Shown: positions 63,250 through 64,000 of the stretch, piece after piece
How positions within the stretch are numbered: the first letter of the stretch is position 1
Layout: each line of letters opens with the position of its first letter
Assembly: GCA_963771835.1 (NCBI GenBank)
Contig: CAVYVA010000001.1
Location: forward strand, 113,047 to 177,046
Origin: an uncultured Actinomycetota bacterium
Lineage (GTDB): Bacteria > Actinomycetota > Actinomycetes > Prado026
Direction of reading: 5' to 3'
Length of the DNA: 64,000 nucleotides
Notes under the pieces: model-generated
The model's database searches: none
What the model saw: only the letters and a program-made list of their open reading frames with translations
What the model was told of the DNA's origin: nothing
Position numbers and translations under genes: made by a program

Positions 63250-64000
63250 CATGCGGGTAACCCCGGTCGCGGTGGTGCTGCTGGTCGCCGCGCTCGCCTC
63301 CTGCTCGATCGAGCCTGCCTCGCCGTCGGCGACAGCGCGGGCTCGCGCCACCGGCTCCGCCGCGACCAGCACCGCCGGTACGCCGTCCGCGCCCGACTGG
63401 CCGACCTATCACGGTGACGCGGCCAGGACCGGGGTGTCGACCACGATGCCGGCCGCGAGCGGCCATCTCTCGGTCAGGGCCGCGCTCGACCTGGACGGGG
63501 CCGTATACGCGTCCCCGATCGTGGTCGGTGAGGTCACGATCGCTGTCACCGAGCACGACACGGTGTACGGGCTGGACGGCACTGGGCTGCAGCTGTGGCG
63601 GGTGAGCCTCGGCTCGCCGGCGCCGGGCCGGCAGCTGCCCTGCGGCAACATCGATCCGCTCGGCATCACCGGAACACCGGTGTACGACCCGTCGACCAGG
63701 CTGGTCTACCTGGTTGCCGAGCTGGGTGGCCCACCCCGGCACGAGCTGGTGGCCCTGAGCCCTGTCGACGGCACCGTCGCCTGGCGGACCGGGGTGGATC
63801 TGCCCGGCGTCGACCCCGCGGCGATGCAGCAGCGCGGCGCGCTGACTGTCGCCGCCGGCTCGGTCTGGGTGCCGTTCGGAGGCTTGGCCGGCGACTGCGG
63901 CGCGTACAAGGGGCGGGTTGTCGGCGTCGCGCTCGATGGCGCGCACACGCGGACGGCGTTCACCGTGCCGACCGGCCGTGAGGGCGGCATCTGGGCTCCA
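63250..64000 (+). CDS. lipoprotein with PQQ-like beta-propeller repeats (BamB/PQQ-enzyme-repeat family), 5' part only (runs off window)
   Basis: Manual translation (not in ORF track because no stop in window): MRVTPVAVVLLVAALASC (lipobox LAS|C) ...AVYASPIVVGEVTIAVTEHDTVYGLDGTGLQLWRV...TPVYDPSTRLVYLVAEL...ALSPVDGTVAWRT: repeated A-x-D-x-x-tG-x-x-lW propeller blades. Confidence 0.5.

Overview
This is a high-GC (~72%) actinobacterial chromosomal segment. Its core is the division and cell-wall (dcw) cluster, from mraZ to ftsZ on the + strand at 36.2–52.6 kb. Gene order from the left end:
- a class II DAHP synthase 3' end (1–271);
- an ada-alkA fusion plus ogt alkylation-repair operon;
- a second, type I-beta DAHP synthase;
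- a PknB-like kinase with four PASTA domains, next to an Rv2175c-like DNA-binding protein;
- a dispersed carotenoid gene set, interleaved with an ECF sigma/ZAS anti-sigma pair and the conserved mptA, idsA and metF neighbourhood. The carotenoid genes are split crtYc/crtYd, crtB, crtI, crtE/idsA, a crtD-like desaturase, a GT2 glycosyltransferase, a CruF-like membrane protein and a CrtA-like protein;
- a LexA-box-fronted operon encoding a DUF6504-like protein, a SAV_6107-like HEPN protein, DnaE2 and DinB;
- a DUF3040 gene;
- a MoxR, DUF58 and transglutaminase triad.

Downstream of ftsZ the usual pgeF, ylmE, sepF, ylmG and divIVA genes are absent. They are replaced by a lower-GC accessory stretch (~53.1–57.1 kb) carrying an ankyrin-repeat protein, an APH-family phosphotransferase and a truncated acyltransferase. 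A further block of miscellaneous enzymes follows: PEP-mutase/ICL family, GNAT, VOC, an alpha/beta-hydrolase fused to an adenylyl cyclase, and a PQQ-repeat lipoprotein.

Many conserved genes are split across reading frames: the PASTA kinase, crtI, idsA, metF, the crtD-like gene, GT2, transglutaminase, ftsL, murD and the DUF664 gene. The breaks cluster at 12.4–16 kb and 19.5–22.1 kb. This points to indel sequencing errors rather than real pseudogenes. I found no rRNA, tRNA, CRISPR array or transposase.
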